From contig NC_043002.1 in assembly GCF_006345805.1 (NCBI RefSeq), positions 39,122,001 through 39,186,000 on the forward strand: DNA of 64,000 bases, given 5' to 3'. This document shows, piece after piece, positions 1-13,949 of this stretch (position 1 is its first letter; every line of letters begins with the position of its first letter). The notes beneath the pieces were generated by a model. It ran no database searches. It was not told where the DNA came from and worked only from the letters and a program-made list of their open reading frames with translations. The position numbers and the translations under genes were made by a program. This DNA is from Octopus sinensis (Eukaryota).

Positions 1-770
1 CGTAGTTCTTGTTTATACTTCAATATGTCCTAGCACCTACACAGCTAGTAACTTAATTATTTCTTTATTAATTGCATTACTTTAGACTGCTTCAGATCCA
101 TCCTTTTATGCTATGCCATTACCACCTATTCACGTGACCATCATCATCACCATCATCGTCACCATCATCACCACTTTCACCATCATTCATTGCAACCGTC
201 ACCTCCACCACCTTGATTAAGTTAGCTTCTGGCTATCAAACGTTTCACTGTATAAGTTTTACCAATCATGCAGACATTGGAACAATTTAACCCATTAAAG
301 ACCATGATTTAACTACAGATTTTTACATTTTCTTGGTTCCTAAGAAATCTTTGATTATATCTATTCTATACATGCTTAATTTTAATTGTGTACTTAAAGA
401 ATACTGTAAATATGAAATAAATAACAGAAAAAAACACAAAAGTCTTGTTATATTTTTATCACATGGTCACGTGATCGACAAGATTGTTACACATCGCTGG
501 TCACAATGCACTTTGCATCGTTTTAACCTTCGAATAACGCCACCCTGCAAGATAGACTGGCAGACCCAAATCCTCCTCTGATCAAAAGGCAGACTGAAAT
601 GAAGTGTTTTGCTCAAGAACACAACGCCTCACTCTGGTCTGGAAATCGAACCCACGATCTAGAGATCATGAGTGCAACAGTGCTGTATGAACATTTGGCT
701 GCTAAAATCTTGTTTAACACGTTTATATGCGCGCGTACGCACACACACACGCGCGCGCGCACGCACACAC

Positions 771-815
<45 letters not shown>

Positions 816-901
816 AAGTTTTAATCGGCAAAAAAGAGACAATGAGTCGCAGACGACTCGGCCTTATCAAAAAAAATAACTATAAAATTATATAGGAGAA
901 C

Positions 902-943
902 GTAGTAGTAGTAGTAGTGGTGGTGGTGGTGGTGGTGGTGGTG

Positions 944-978
<35 letters not shown>

Positions 979-1024
979 TGTAGTAGTAGTGGTGGTGGTG
1001 GTGGTGGTGGTGGTAGTGGTCGTG

Positions 1025-1065
<41 letters not shown>

Positions 1066-1167
1066 TGTAGTAGTAGTAGTGGTGGTGGTGGTGGTGGTGG
1101 TGGTGGTGGTGGAGGTGATGGTTGTGGTGGTGGTGGTTTTGGTAGTTTTGGTGGTGGTGGTGGTGGT
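902..1167. repeat. (GTA)n/(GTG)n trinucleotide array
   Basis: Direct reading; source of the poly-V and poly-P ORFs. Confidence 0.95.
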
Positions 1168-1455
1168 TCGCCGGTCATCCGATGACTTCGTGGAAAGTAA
1201 AAGGGTAATATCCTGATTCTTGTCATAAATATACGGAGAAAAGTGGAGGCAGACGAAATTTGCTATTCTGTTCTTCTTCTATTAAAGAATATTTATTTAT
1301 TCTACCACACCCAGCCTGCTCCGCTGATTCCGGTGCAGCCAGTTTTTCGTAGCTCGCCACATTTGCAGCTCAGCAACTTATGAAATGTTTATAATAACAA
1401 CAGATAACAAAAAGAGGATGGGCATGTCAGTTTATTTTAAACCGAAAACTTATAA

Positions 1456-1504
<49 letters not shown>

Positions 1505-1506
<2 letters not shown>

Positions 1507-1727
1507 GGAGAATTCACAAAAAAAACAAAAGACGAAGACAGGTGGTGTAGAAAACAAACAGATGTATTAGTATAACGCCCAGGAATTTTTTAAAAAGTCG
1601 TTAATATTTCGAGCCTACGCTCTTCCACAGAAAGGAACACAGAAAGAGACAAGGAGAGAACAGGAAAGAAAAAAATGTGTGTAGTGGCTACCGATCTATC
1701 AAGGCGAATGCCGGACAGAAGGGTTCA
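1505..1727 (-). mobile_element. Microsatellite-flanked element with hammerhead-like fold, family H1 copy 1
   Basis: Reverse complement of the copies at 9830 and 18200. CCUUU-CUGUGGAA-GAGC(GUAG)GCUC-GAAA-UAUU at 1635-1600. Flanked by (TG)n and (CA)n/(TA)n. Confidence 0.55.
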
Positions 1728-1760
1728 CACACACACACATATATGTATAATATATATATA

Positions 1761-1815
<55 letters not shown>

Positions 1816-2039
1816 TATATAAAGAAGCCACCATCGCATGACAACTGATGTTGGTGTGTTTACATCCCCGTACTTAGCTGTTCGGAAAAAAAACGATAAA
1901 ATAAGCACTAGGCTTACAAAGAATAAGTCCTGGGGTGGATTCATTCAAGTAAAGGCAGTGCTGCAGCATGGTCGCAGTCAAATGACTGAAACAAGTAACA
2001 GAATAAAAGAATATATATATATTATATATATATATATAT

Positions 2040-2312
2040 TCTTTTATTCTGTTACTTGTTTCAGTCATATATATATATATATATATATATATTCTTTTAT
2101 TCTGTTACTTACTTGTTCAGTCATTTGACTGCGACCATGCTGCAGCACTGCCTTTACTTGAATGAATCCACCCCAGGACTTATTCTTTGTAAGCCTAGTG
2201 CTTATTTTATCGGTCTTTTTTCCGAACAGCTAAGTTACGGGGATGTAAACACACCAACATCAGTTGTCATGCGATGGTGGCTCTTTATATATAATATATA
2301 TATATATATATC

Positions 2313-2343
<31 letters not shown>

Positions 2344-2599
2344 CATATATTGTGTGCGTGTGAAACCCTTCTGTCCGGCATTCGCCTGATAGATCGGTAT
2401 ATATATATATATATTCTTTTATTCTGTTACTTGTTTCAGTCATTTGACTGCGACCATGCTGCAGCACTGCCTTTACTTGAATGAATCACCCAGGACTTAT
2501 TCTTTGTAAGCCTAGTGCTTATTTTATCGGTCTTTTTTCCGAACAGCTAAGTTACGGGGATGTAAAACACCAACATCAGTTGTCATGCGATGGTGGCTT

Positions 2600-2663
<64 letters not shown>

Positions 2664-2917
2664 TGTGTGTGTGTGTGAAACCCTTCTGTCCGGCATCGCC
2701 TTGATAGATCGGTATATATATATAATAATTCTTTTATTCTGTTACTTGTTTCAGTCATTTGACTGCGACCATGCTGCAGCACTGCCTTTACTTGAATGAA
2801 TCCACCCCAGGACTTATTCTTTGTAAGCCTAGTGCTTATTTTATCGGTCTTTTTTCCGAACAGCTAAGTTACGGGGATGTAAACACACCAACATCAGTTG
2901 TCATTCGATGGTGGCTT

Positions 2918-2958
<41 letters not shown>

Positions 2959-3505
2959 TGTGTGTGTGTGTGAAACCCTTCTGTCCGGCATTCGCCTTGA
3001 TAGATCGGTATATATATATATATATTCTTTTATTCTGTTACTTGTTTCAGTCATTTGACTGCGACCATGCTGCAGCACTGCCTTTACTTGAATGAATCCA
3101 CCCCAGGACTTATTCTTTGTAGCTAGTGCTTATTTTATCGGTCTTTTTTCCGAACAGACTAAGTTACGGGGATGTAAACACACCAACATCAGTTGTCATT
3201 CGATGGTGGCTTCTTAATATATTATATATATATATTATATATATACATATATGTGTGTGTGTGTGAAACCCTTGTCCGGCATTCGCCTTGATAGATCGGT
3301 ATAATATATATATATTCTTTTATTCTGTTACTTGTTTCAGTCATTTGACTGCGACCATGCTGCAGCACTGCCTTTACTTGAATGAATCCACCCCAGGACT
3401 TATTCTTTGTAAGCCTAGTGCTTATTTTATCGGTCTTTTTTCCGAACAGCTAAGTTACGGGGATGTAAACACACCAACATCAGTTGTCATGCGATGGTGG
3501 CTTCT
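2040..3505 (-). repeat. Tandem array of five ~300-bp units, inverted relative to 1691-2011
   Basis: Unit = SINE 3' half + (TA)n(TG)n + GAAACCCTTCTGTCCGGCATTCGCCTTGATAGATCGGTA. Units start near 2093, 2414, 2729, 3024 and 3315; the last runs on into the SINE head (to 3658). Confidence 0.9.
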
Positions 3506-3843
3506 TTCAGTTTCCGTCTACCAAATCCAATCACATGGCTTTGGTCGGCCCGAGACTATAGTAGAAGACATTTGCGCAAGGTGCTACACAGTGGGACTGA
3601 AGCCGGAGGCATGTGGTTAGGAACCAAGCTTCTTACCACACGGCCACGCCTGCGCCTATGGAATTTTGGGTGGGAGGACTTATATGCTAACATCTTTGTT
3701 CAACAGAAATACGATATTTTCTTTCTTCGTTTCATGAAATTTTAGCCAAAACGCAAATATGTATTAATTATTAATAGGGCATAAATCAAAAGATTAAACG
3801 CATTGTATCTAGGTATGAACGATTAAACACGTGTGCGTGTGTG

Positions 3844-3886
<43 letters not shown>

Positions 3887-4108
3887 TGTTGAAAACGTAA
3901 AAATTATAAGATTTCAATGTTCGATATGAGTTAAAAAGAGAACTACTAAGTAGTGACAATAATGATCAGAATGAAACAGAAGTAAAGCTCAAAAAGTGTC
4001 AGAATTACCTAAACAACAAAAGGGAAAATTTAAGCAAGGCTTGAAGCAGAAGTATTAAGAATTACAAACTCCATCAATTTTTACGTGAACAATGTTTTCA
4101 TATATATA

Positions 4109-4326
4109 CGAAGAGGTGGTGAAAAGTTTTTGGCTTTGGGTAAAAGGAAATATAGGAGGATCGGTTAATTACGATTTAATTCAACTTATTTCCATCTCAG
4201 ATTCACACACTTATTGCCACGGTCCTTCAGTTTTTTCTAAGCCCTGTAAAAGAACTCTGAAGGTTGGGTCTCCAGCCAGGCCTTTTGTGATACCCTTAAA
4301 GCCAGGGACTTTTCAGCAACCCCTCG
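4109..4326. mobile_element. Mariner-type MITE
   Basis: Imperfect TIRs CGAAGAGGTGGTGAAAAGTTTTTGGCTTT / AAAGCCAGGGACTTTTCAGCAACCCCTCG, with TA on the left side. Confidence 0.6.
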
Positions 4327-4333
4327 TGTGTAT

Positions 4334-4395
<62 letters not shown>

Positions 4396-4800
4396 GATAG
4401 AACTCGAGGTAGATAATGCAATAAATAATACTGTGATAAACTCCATGGGATAAAAGTCCTTGAGTGCTTATAGGGATTGAACGTATATCTTTCTTAAGCA
4501 TGACAGAATTTCTACCACTGAACCAAAGCAATCCTTCAAATTTCTCTATCCATTCTACATGGTCTGTTTTTACCAGCGAAAATTACATGTTGCATACGTC
4601 ATAACAATTTAGAAACTTCGAGCGAACGTAAAATAATTCGTTTTTAAGGGTGGGACTCAAAACAGATAAAGTTGTGAATAATAGACTGTAAACATTGTGC
4701 TCGGAAACCTTTTGTTAAGAAAAAGTTGAAAGCTATTCGCGGGATTCAAACCCACATCTATAAATGTAAAAGAGTTCTAATATTAAACCAAAGCAATGTA

Positions 4801-5414
4801 CGTGGTCTGATCAATAAGTATCCGGATTATTGCCATAGTAACGAAGTTACAGCAGTGCTTTGAAGGAAGGTGTGTAGCGTATGATCGTCGCATTGGCATG
4901 ACAGAGAAAGTTGAGTTGAGAATCTGCATCAAATTTTGCCAAAACCTTGGCTCAGAAGCCTACACAAAGTTTTCAGAAGGTTTTCATCGTTCTCGACACA
5001 ATCATTGAGATCTTGTGCAACTGAAACCCGATTGTCTTTTTGATCAGTTGAAAGCAGTTTTGGCAAAAACCTGGTAGACACGTGTCTCATACCCAAATTT
5101 TAAGTGATAATAGACTGAATTGAACCGTAAATAATCTGCACATCCTCTGATAACCCACGGATAGTGATTCGACGATTTCTCCTCACAACTGCACATACAT
5201 CTTCGCTGTTTTTCTCAGTTCTGCTGGCTGCAACACGCATGCTACACACCTTCATTCCAAGCATTACTGCAAATAGCAGAAGTGAGCTAAAACGTTAAAA
5301 CTTAGTGCGCATGCACAGCAAAGTTCAAGGTCAATCTTTGCCAAGCAGCTTCACTCTGTGTGCTGTAGCTTCGTAACTATGGCAACAGTCCGGATACTTA
5401 TTGGTCAGACCTCA
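4801..5414. mobile_element. Non-autonomous mariner derivative
   Basis: ~54-bp TIRs (CGTGGTCTGATCAATAAGTATCCGGA.../...TCCGGATACTTATTGGTCAGACCTCA) with TA TSD. Transposase remnants: MTEKVELRICIKFCQNLG (+, from ~4898) and RRITIRGLSEDVQIIYGSIQSIIT*NLGMRHVSTRFLPKLLSTDQK (-, ~5175-5035). Confidence 0.85.
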
Positions 5415-5598
5415 TATATTATATAAACCTGGCGCCTGCAGACACAAGCGTTTGTCTGTACAATACACGTATAATAGTATATATTTCTCCCTCTGTGTTT
5501 AGCCCCTTGTGGGTAGTAAAGAAATATATATTTCATTGTTTCTATCTCTCTCTTTCTAACTCTGTCCCTCTCTTTCTTACACTCTTTCTCTCTCTCTC

Positions 5599-5629
<31 letters not shown>

Positions 5630-5955
5630 TACTCTCTTTCTTTCTTTCTCACTCCCTTTCTCTCTCTACTCTGTCATTTTCTACATCATTCACCCATTCG
5701 CTATAGGTTATCTGAGAATATTTGAGATATAATTATTTCAATTTTAACAGAAATGAGTTACGAAAGGAGATTATAAAAATATTTACATTATTTGATAACA
5801 AATCAAGAACATTTAAAAGCGCACCAGAAAAAAAAATATCTTGTCTGCTATTTTGTGTACTGCGAGTTTAATTCCGTGCAGTGTCGTTTTTAATTTTCTT
5901 TCATCTGTAATTATGGTAGATTATGATTAATTACGTAGCAGTATTTATACTACGT

Positions 5956-6211
5956 GGAGGCGCAATGGCCCAGTGGTTAGGGTAGCGGACTCGCGGTCGG
6001 AGGATCGCGGTTTCGATTCCCAGACTGGGCATTGTGTGTGTTTGAGCGAAAACACCTAAAAGCTCCACGAGGCTCCGGCACTATTTCACCACAACTTTCT
6101 CTCACTCTCTCTTCCTGTTTCTTGAGTAACGCTGCGATGGACTGGCGTCCCGTCCAGCTGGGAGAAACACATACGCCACAGAAACCGGGAAACCGAGCCC
6201 ATGAGCCTGGC
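5956..6211 (+). mobile_element. tRNA-derived SINE, family B
   Basis: Head GGAGGCGCAATGGCCCAGTGGTTAGG (A box) ... GGTTTCGATTCCC (B box), shared with 13568, 42757 and 62602. Confidence 0.8.
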
Positions 6212-6399
6212 TTTTATCGTTTTTTTAATTTATACTACTTGTGAAGGGCGTAGATTAGATGTTAGAGTGTTGCATTCACGCTCGCAAGTTCATGGTTTCG
6301 AATCCAGGATTTGGCGGTGCATTCTTAAGCAGGACGCTTCATTTCATGTTGCTCCAGTTTACTCAGCTGTAAATGTAAAGTGAGAAAAATTACCTTCTC

Positions 6400-6632
6400 G
6401 AGTTATGTCGACTCATAAGGGCCGGTTTCTCGGTTTCCATGGCGTTAAAATCTCTACCTTTACGGAATGCCGGTCCGTCGCAAGATTACTCATTTTTGCC
6501 AGCTGAATGGACTCCAGCAACGTGAAATGAAGTGTTTTGCTGAAGAGCACAACGAGTCACCTGGTCTACGAATCGAAATCACAATCTTACGATTATGAGT
6601 CCAACACCTTAATCACTAAGCCACGCGCCTCT
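6400..6632 (-). mobile_element. tRNA-derived SINE, family D
   Basis: GGCGCGTGGCTTAGTG head and CACTTCATTTCACGTTGCT body. Related copies at ~460-680(-), 24490-24755(-), 27695-27925(-) and 33965-34205(+). Confidence 0.8.
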
Positions 6633-7249
6633 ACATTTGTAAATGGGCAACCCTGTGAGAGAATGCTGTTCAACTTAGTGGGGATGGCCTGCATGCCTTC
6701 ATGCCTGCCTAACCAGCGGAGCGGCATCCTTCGAAAACTACAACAATGTGAAGAAGCGCATTGTGACCAGCGGTGTATAGCAACATCCGATAATCTGGTT
6801 GAAACAGTCAGTGATATATACTCTTTACCTCTTATACCAGCGTTTTGTGCTGGTTTGTATAGTTGTTATTATCTCCAGATCATTTCTATAAATTCATATT
6901 TTAGCACAAGGCCAGCGATTTTGAGTGACGGTATAAATCGATTATATCGAACCCAGTGATCAATAGGTACTTACTTTATGGATCCCGAAAGAATAAATGC
7001 TAAAGTCTACCTCGGCGGATCCCATTTCCAATATACAATTTATCTGTGACAATATTTTTTCTTTATTCTTCGAAAGACAGAGTATACCTTGGATAAAAGA
7101 AGCGGTTTCTAGTTCTAACAGAAATAGCAACCATGTAAACGTTCTCCCGTTGGGTCATATTTTACCCAGAAATACTGGGTGCCAATTTCAGACACTCCAC
7201 TTTCAATTTGTGGCAACGCCGGAGATTTCTATTAAATTCCAGCATGTCA

Positions 7250-7289
7250 AAGAAAGAAAGACAGACAGACAGACAGACAGACAGACAGC

Positions 7290-7328
<39 letters not shown>

Positions 7329-7329
7329 G

Positions 7330-7422
<93 letters not shown>
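7250..7422. repeat. (GACA)n(GATA)n compound microsatellite
   Basis: Direct reading. The same pair occurs at 9135-9270 and, in reverse order, at 20318-20420. Confidence 0.95.
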
Positions 7423-7423
<1 letters not shown>

Positions 7424-8857
7424 GTATTGAATTGTATGACTTTATTATTACCAAAAAATTATTATTGTTGTTGTTTATATTGATATGTGCCTGAGAGAGA
7501 GTGTTAAACCTTTGTCTGAATATAAGTATTTGTCATATACAAAGCTGGCGGACAGTACATATATGACTATGTGTGTGTATGTGTGTGTGTATACATACAC
7601 ACGTATATATACATATATACATACACATAATGTGCACCGTTACCGAGTGCACAAATGTATATATGTACGCGTTTATGTATGATTGTATGCATGTACAAAC
7701 ATACAGTGTAAACAGATACTAACTCAAGACTTATAAATCTTGTAATAACTCGGGAGCCATCGCCACATCTGTTAACTGTTCCCACAATGTATGTACTTTT
7801 GCCATCTGCTTTGTTAAGCTAATGTTTGCAACCTGCACAGCTGCCGTTTATATGAAAATGTCGAAATCTTATATGTTATTCTCCATATTTGGAGGAGAAA
7901 TGTCAAGTGGTTCAATTCTGACCTATGGTAGCATTTTTATATTTTTATTTTACTTTTTATTGCTTCCGTGAAGTTTCGGCCAGTTGCTGTTGTTTAAAGG
8001 TTTGCCATGATCGAATAGATTTATTACCATAAACCATTCCTCACTTTTAGTATATCTACGACTTCATTGTCCAATGTGACCTTCCTCTTTCTCAGACAAC
8101 ATATGATCACGTGGTGGTGGGGGGGGCGATTTAACAGCTCTGTCTAGCAGGTTAAGCGACTGCGTAAGAGTTTTCTCACTTTTGTTTACTGTGATACACT
8201 TTGGGTCTTTTCGTGTGTGTGTGCGTGTGCGCGCGTCTTTGACCTAGGTTAGATATGATCAAGCAAGCATACGAGAGAAATCCCAGCTGTGGCTCTCTCG
8301 TCTTTTAAGGGGAGTTTAGGCCAACTAATTTACATAATGCACCCTTTTCTTATTTAAAATGGTTTCGTTGTGATTTGAGGGAGACTTGACCGCTATTTCT
8401 AACAAGGTGAATGACTACGTACAGGCTCTCTAATTGTCCCGCCACTCGAACAATTTTTCGGGCATTTGCCAATATTGACATCCTTTTGCCTAAATATAAG
8501 GCTCATGGACCAATGTAAAGAAAGAACACAGTTAGCTGCAACCTTCCCTCGTGAATTTTATCGACAACTACCGAGGTATAAGTGATATATAAAACGTTAT
8601 GGGTTCAAATTGATGTCTCGTTTTGAACTTTCGGGGAAGAAAATTGCCGAATTATCCGATTTCGATAATAAAAATCAGTTTTTCATTTTCTAATCTTTTA
8701 TTAGCTCTAGAGGGCTTTGACCTGCGGCTTTGCCACGTCAACGCTTTCTGGTATTTATTCTGTCCGTTTCTTTTGCTGAACCATTAATTTAAAGGGACAT
8801 GAACAAACTAATACTGGTTGCCAAGCGATGGTGGGACACAAACACGCACACGCACAT

Positions 8858-8904
<47 letters not shown>

Positions 8905-9134
8905 ATATAATATATATGTACATAACAAATGCGAAAGCTAATTTCTGTGTGTCACAATTTGACCCCGCTCTGTCACTATTCAATAACACTTCTACTACTC
9001 TTCGTGGTGGGGTGAGAGTAATAGTAGGCATAGAGACGGTGAGGGCAGTGGCGAAGACAGAGAAAGAGAAAGACAAAGAAAGAAAGAAAGAAAGAAAGAA
9101 AAGAGAGGGAGAGAAAGGACACTTACGCACACGC

Positions 9135-9260
<126 letters not shown>

Positions 9261-9789
9261 ACAGATAGATACCACAAACAACGCGTTTCTAGAGAGTCTA
9301 CGTCCACCAAATCCATTCACATGGTATTGGTCGGTACAGGAATATAGAAGAATATACAAAACTATAAAAAAAAACACTTGCGTTGTAACCCAATCCCAGA
9401 TTACTTGCCGAGTAGATACGTATGTTTAATGTTATCACTAAAGAAGACATCGATACTTTTAAAATCAACATGAGGATAAACCTTCTCTAGTACACACTGG
9501 ATGTTATTCTAGCAAATACATACTCGGTTGCTCATACAGAATTTCTACTGTAATCTAACCTAATTCTAATGTGTAACATAGCAAAATATTCCATCTTGAT
9601 TGGATGATATCACTAGGACGATTAATTTGACCATATGGTTAAGGTTTGTAAGTTTGCAATTTAAACAAAAAATGTGTAATTCCTGATGGTCCCCTCGGAG
9701 TTACCATGAGATTCAGCCTTAATTATAACTCGTGCATTTTCTCCTTACATCCTATTTTCTTATGCACTTCATGTGAATATATATATGTG

Positions 9790-9829
<40 letters not shown>

Positions 9830-9831
<2 letters not shown>

Positions 9832-10010
9832 TAGATCGCTAGCCACTACACACATTTTTTTCTCTCCTTGTTTATTTCCGTGTTCCTTTCTGTGGAAGAG
9901 CGTAGGCTCGAAACGTTAAAGACTTTTTCAATTCCCGAGCCTTATACTAAAACATCTGTTTGTTTTCTACACCACCTGCCTTCGTCTTTTATTTTTTGTG
10001 AATTCACCCT
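9830..10010 (+). mobile_element. Family H1 copy 2
   Basis: CCUUU-CUGUGGAA-GAGC(GUAG)GCUC-GAAA-CGUU-AAAGA at 9885-9922, between (TG)n and (TA)n. Confidence 0.55.
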
Positions 10011-10178
10011 ATATATATATATGTGTGTGTGTGTGTATACACATCTATATGTATATATGTATGTAGTATACGTACATATGTTTGTATATGTATAAATATA
10101 TACATATATACATGCATACGCATATATACATATACTACATACATATATACACACACACATATCTATATACACACATGC

Positions 10179-10230
<52 letters not shown>

Positions 10231-11351
10231 ATTCTTTCAAATCACATTAGAATATTATCATGTAGTTGTTAATTTTACAATCGTTCTAAGTATCATGAGG
10301 GTCCCATTTGTAAAAATATCGACGTATACACGGTTTTGATATCAATTCCTCAATTATTGAAGAAAGTACAGCCGACATAAATTGAACCTGATTTTACCAA
10401 TTATGCATGGCAGAAAAATAATATATAATGGGAAAAGGAACAGATTCTTGTAACAGAGGAGCCGAGAGGGTGAAACTGCTGTCAGAGAAATTCTATTTGG
10501 CAACCTAAATCAGCGAAATAAAACCTGATTGATCTGTATCAACGAGAAGTGTCCAACAAGCCTTCTTGCAGCAGCAAATGTTAGCAATATTTCTGCTTAC
10601 ATTTTAAATATTTCTTCGTTGATATATCATCTATTGATTGCTTCTTCGACAAGAAACTTGAAGTAATGGAAAAGTAGTCAATTTTAACTATTATATGATC
10701 ATTTATGTATACATACATATGTATATTTCAGTGTGACCTAGATACATTATATGAAGACGAAATCTTCAAATAGTTATGAGTTTACCTATGTTATGAGTTT
10801 ACGATTTATGAAACTGTTACATACGCATGCATTTGTATACTGTGATACCTGAATATTTAAGTGCATGTATGTATACACGCATACATGGCTATAAATGTTT
10901 ATGAGGTTATTTATTTTTATGTGTGTGACTGTACACCTAAACGGCTCGATGTCTCTTTTTGCCAAACAACAATAAGAAAGTGAATGCAGCCTAATGAAAT
11001 ATAAGTTCCCATTGCATTGTATCGAATCCTGGACCAATACACCATCAATCTTTGTATAGGTTAAATGTCATATTCTGTTATTTGAAGAAGAAAATCAAAT
11101 ATTTCAGAATTTCTCTGTGATTTCGTAGACATTCTCCAAATTTGTTTGAAGTATTTAAGGCTTGTCTTAAATCACCGGAAATCTGAACGCTTGGTCGTCT
11201 TTAGAGAGATTGTCACTTAGTTATCTCACTTAATATTCTTCTGTTTGCATTGCTTTGTTGAAGTTTTATTAACGATTGCTTACTTTGTAACGAATAATTG
11301 TAAAGATTCATTCGTTTGTGTGTAGTGGTAATAGTAGTAGTGTTTCTAGTG

Positions 11352-11387
<36 letters not shown>

Positions 11388-12206
11388 GTATGAGAGTGTA
11401 TACGTATGTGTGTGTATATCTATGTATGTATGTATGTATGTATGTATGTATCTATCTATCTATCTATCTATATATGCATGTTTGCATATATGTACGCTTC
11501 GACGTTGCCTATTATCCTTCTGAGAGCGAGAAATACTGAAAATTAAGCACTTATATCATTACATATTTGATGTATTAACGTTAAAAGTACATTTGATAAA
11601 TGAAGATATTTGGTTAAAATAGGACACAAAAAGTATGTGCTATAACGAACCCATTGCGCATTGTGAAATGAGTTCTCTTAAAATTCTTCGTGACAAAGCA
11701 ATCAATTATTAACATGTTGAGAAAAGAATCCAAATAATTTTAAACAACTTAAATGTGCTGCAGTTCTTTTCTTTTGCCTTCTTTTGCCTTCTTTTCTCTT
11801 TATGTTCGTATGGCACTTGTTAATAATGGTTTCTAATTTAGGCACAAGGCCAGAAATACTTGACTGCTACTTTATTTTATCTGCCTGGGAATGAATGACA
11901 AGTAAAGTCGTCCTTGGTGAGATTTGAAATTAGAACGTAGAGAAACGGAAAACAACTGTTAAGAATAATATTGATTGTTTTTTTTGGGGGGGGGTTCTTT
12001 TTAATAAAGGTACAAGGCTTAAAATTTTGAACGAGTGCATAGATCGATTACATTGACTCCTGTGATCAACGGAAAATTATTATATCGGCCCCGAAAGGAT
12101 AAAACCAAAGTTGTCCTGGGCAAATAATAATAATAATAATAATAATAATAATCATAATCATAATAATAACAACAATAATAATAATAATAATAATAACAAC
12201 AATAAC

Positions 12207-12245
<39 letters not shown>

Positions 12246-12379
12246 TTCAATATCATTTAGCTTTGAGATAAAATTCTAATATTTAACAGCTGAAAGTCTT
12301 CGAAATATTTTGGCACAAGAACCGAGAATGCTAACATAGTCATACGTAAATTATACCTCTTACAAAGCAGGGAAATATC

Positions 12380-12650
12380 TATTCCACTATCACCACAGTT
12401 TGCTCGGTACATGTAAACTTATTTGAATCTACTACACTATATAAATCCCGTTTCCCTTTATACCTTGTTATTCTATTCAATTTCCCCTCCTTCCTATATT
12501 CATGACCTCTAAATATATTATTAACCTTTGATATTTCTTTAACCTTAAAAACAAAACCTTTATCTTCCTTAGGCATTTAAAACAACACTCTATTGTTCAT
12601 TCATTTCGACTGCACCTGTATCCTAGTACGAAGTCTAACGCTCTTGCAAC
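12380..12650 (-). mobile_element. Possible old CR1-like LINE 3' remnant
   Basis: FRGHEYRK...RDLYSVVDSNK weakly resembles the RGH..KL...R.FFS.RVV..WN motif. Confidence 0.3.
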
Positions 12651-13041
12651 ATTCAGTGGGCAATTAACTTCAAATTGACTACTACAAAGAAGACAGCCGT
12701 GTTAAGCCTTTATTTAATTTTAATGAAAACCGACATAAACAGTTGTTTTAATGGTTTAATAGTTTAATGTTAGCAATTCTACTAATGAAAAAAATAATAT
12801 TTCCAGAGCTTCAAGGCTTTTGAAATTTGCTTGCTATCCTTAACATCTTGAGTTCAAATTCAACTAAAGCGTTGCTTTATATATCGCCTGATTGATTTTT
12901 AAAAGCTTCCCATTCAGTTATTTCCACTATAAATGCGTTGCTCTAAAGGAAAATCTCATTGTAATTATTATAATAAACAAATAATTTAATAAAGATTAAT
13001 TCATTATATCCTTTTTCATATTTTCATTATTTTCATGTTTA

Positions 13042-13560
13042 AGGCGGTGAACTGGCAGGGCAAAATACTTAGTGACACTTAGTCCGTCTCTAGGTTTTGA
13101 GTTCAAATTCCGCCGAGGTCGACTTTGCCTTTCATCCTTTTGGGGGTCGATAAATTAAGTACCAGTTACTCACTGGGGTCGATGTAATCGACTTAATCCC
13201 TTTGTCTGTCTTTGTTTGTCCCCTCTATGTTTAACCCCTTGTGAGCAATAAAGAAATAATATAAATACCAGTTGCGCACGTAAGTCGCTGTAATCGAGTA
13301 GCCCCTCTCCTGAAATTTCAGGCCTTGTGCCTACAGTAGAAATGACTATTTTGAACATGTTTGAACATGGCGAACTGGCAGAATCATAAGCACACCGGAG
13401 AAAATACTTAGCAGCATTTTGTCCGCCTTTACGTTCTGGGGTTGATTTTTGTCTTTCATCCTTTTGGGATCGATGAAATTAATACCAGTTGAGCACTGGA
13501 TTTATATAATCGACATGCCCCATTCCCTGAAAATTTCAGAACTTGTACCTATAGTAGAAA
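13042..13560 (+). mobile_element. Cluster of family C SINEs
   Basis: Two to three nested or adjacent copies of the GAGTTCAAATTCCGCCGAGGTCGACTTTGCCTTTCATCC motif. Confidence 0.8.
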
Positions 13561-13567
13561 TAATTGT

Positions 13568-13949
13568 GGAGGCGCAATGGCCCAGTGGTTAGGGCAGCGG
13601 ACTCACGGTCGTAGGATCGCGGTTTCGATTCCCAGACCGGACGTTGTGAGTGTTTATTGAGCGAAAACACCTAAAGCTCCACGAGACTCCGGCAGGGATG
13701 GTGGTGATCCCTGCTGTACTCTTTCACCACAACTTTCTCTCACTCTTACTTCCTGTTTCAGTTGTACCTGTATTTCAAAGGGCCGGCCTTGTCACTCTCT
13801 GTATCACGCTGAATATCCCCGAGAACTACGTTAAGGGTACACGTGTCTGTGGAGTGCTCAGCCACTTACACGTTAATTTCACGAGCAGGCTGTTCCGTTG
13901 ATTCGGATCAACCGGAACCCTCGTCGTCGTAACCGACGGAGTACTTCCC
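13568..13949 (+). mobile_element. tRNA-derived SINE, family B, with TSD
   Basis: A/B boxes; 15-bp TSD AGTAGAAATAATT(G/A)T at 13553-13567 and 13950-13964. Confidence 0.9.

Noticed and set aside
888-1226. Poly-P / poly-V ORFs
   Set aside because: Translations of a (GTG)/(GTA) microsatellite with no splice or domain support.
1965-2000. SINE tail AGTCAAATGACT-GAAAC-AA-GTA resembling the 3' half of a hammerhead
   Set aside because: No CUGANGA-like core or stem I upstream in any copy.
2040-3505. CRISPR-like periodicity
   Set aside because: Units are ~300-bp SINE fragments separated by (TA)n, not short repeats with unique spacers; eukaryotic context.
5956-6030. tRNA gene
   Set aside because: A/B boxes continue into a SINE body, and other copies have TSDs; no proper acceptor stem.
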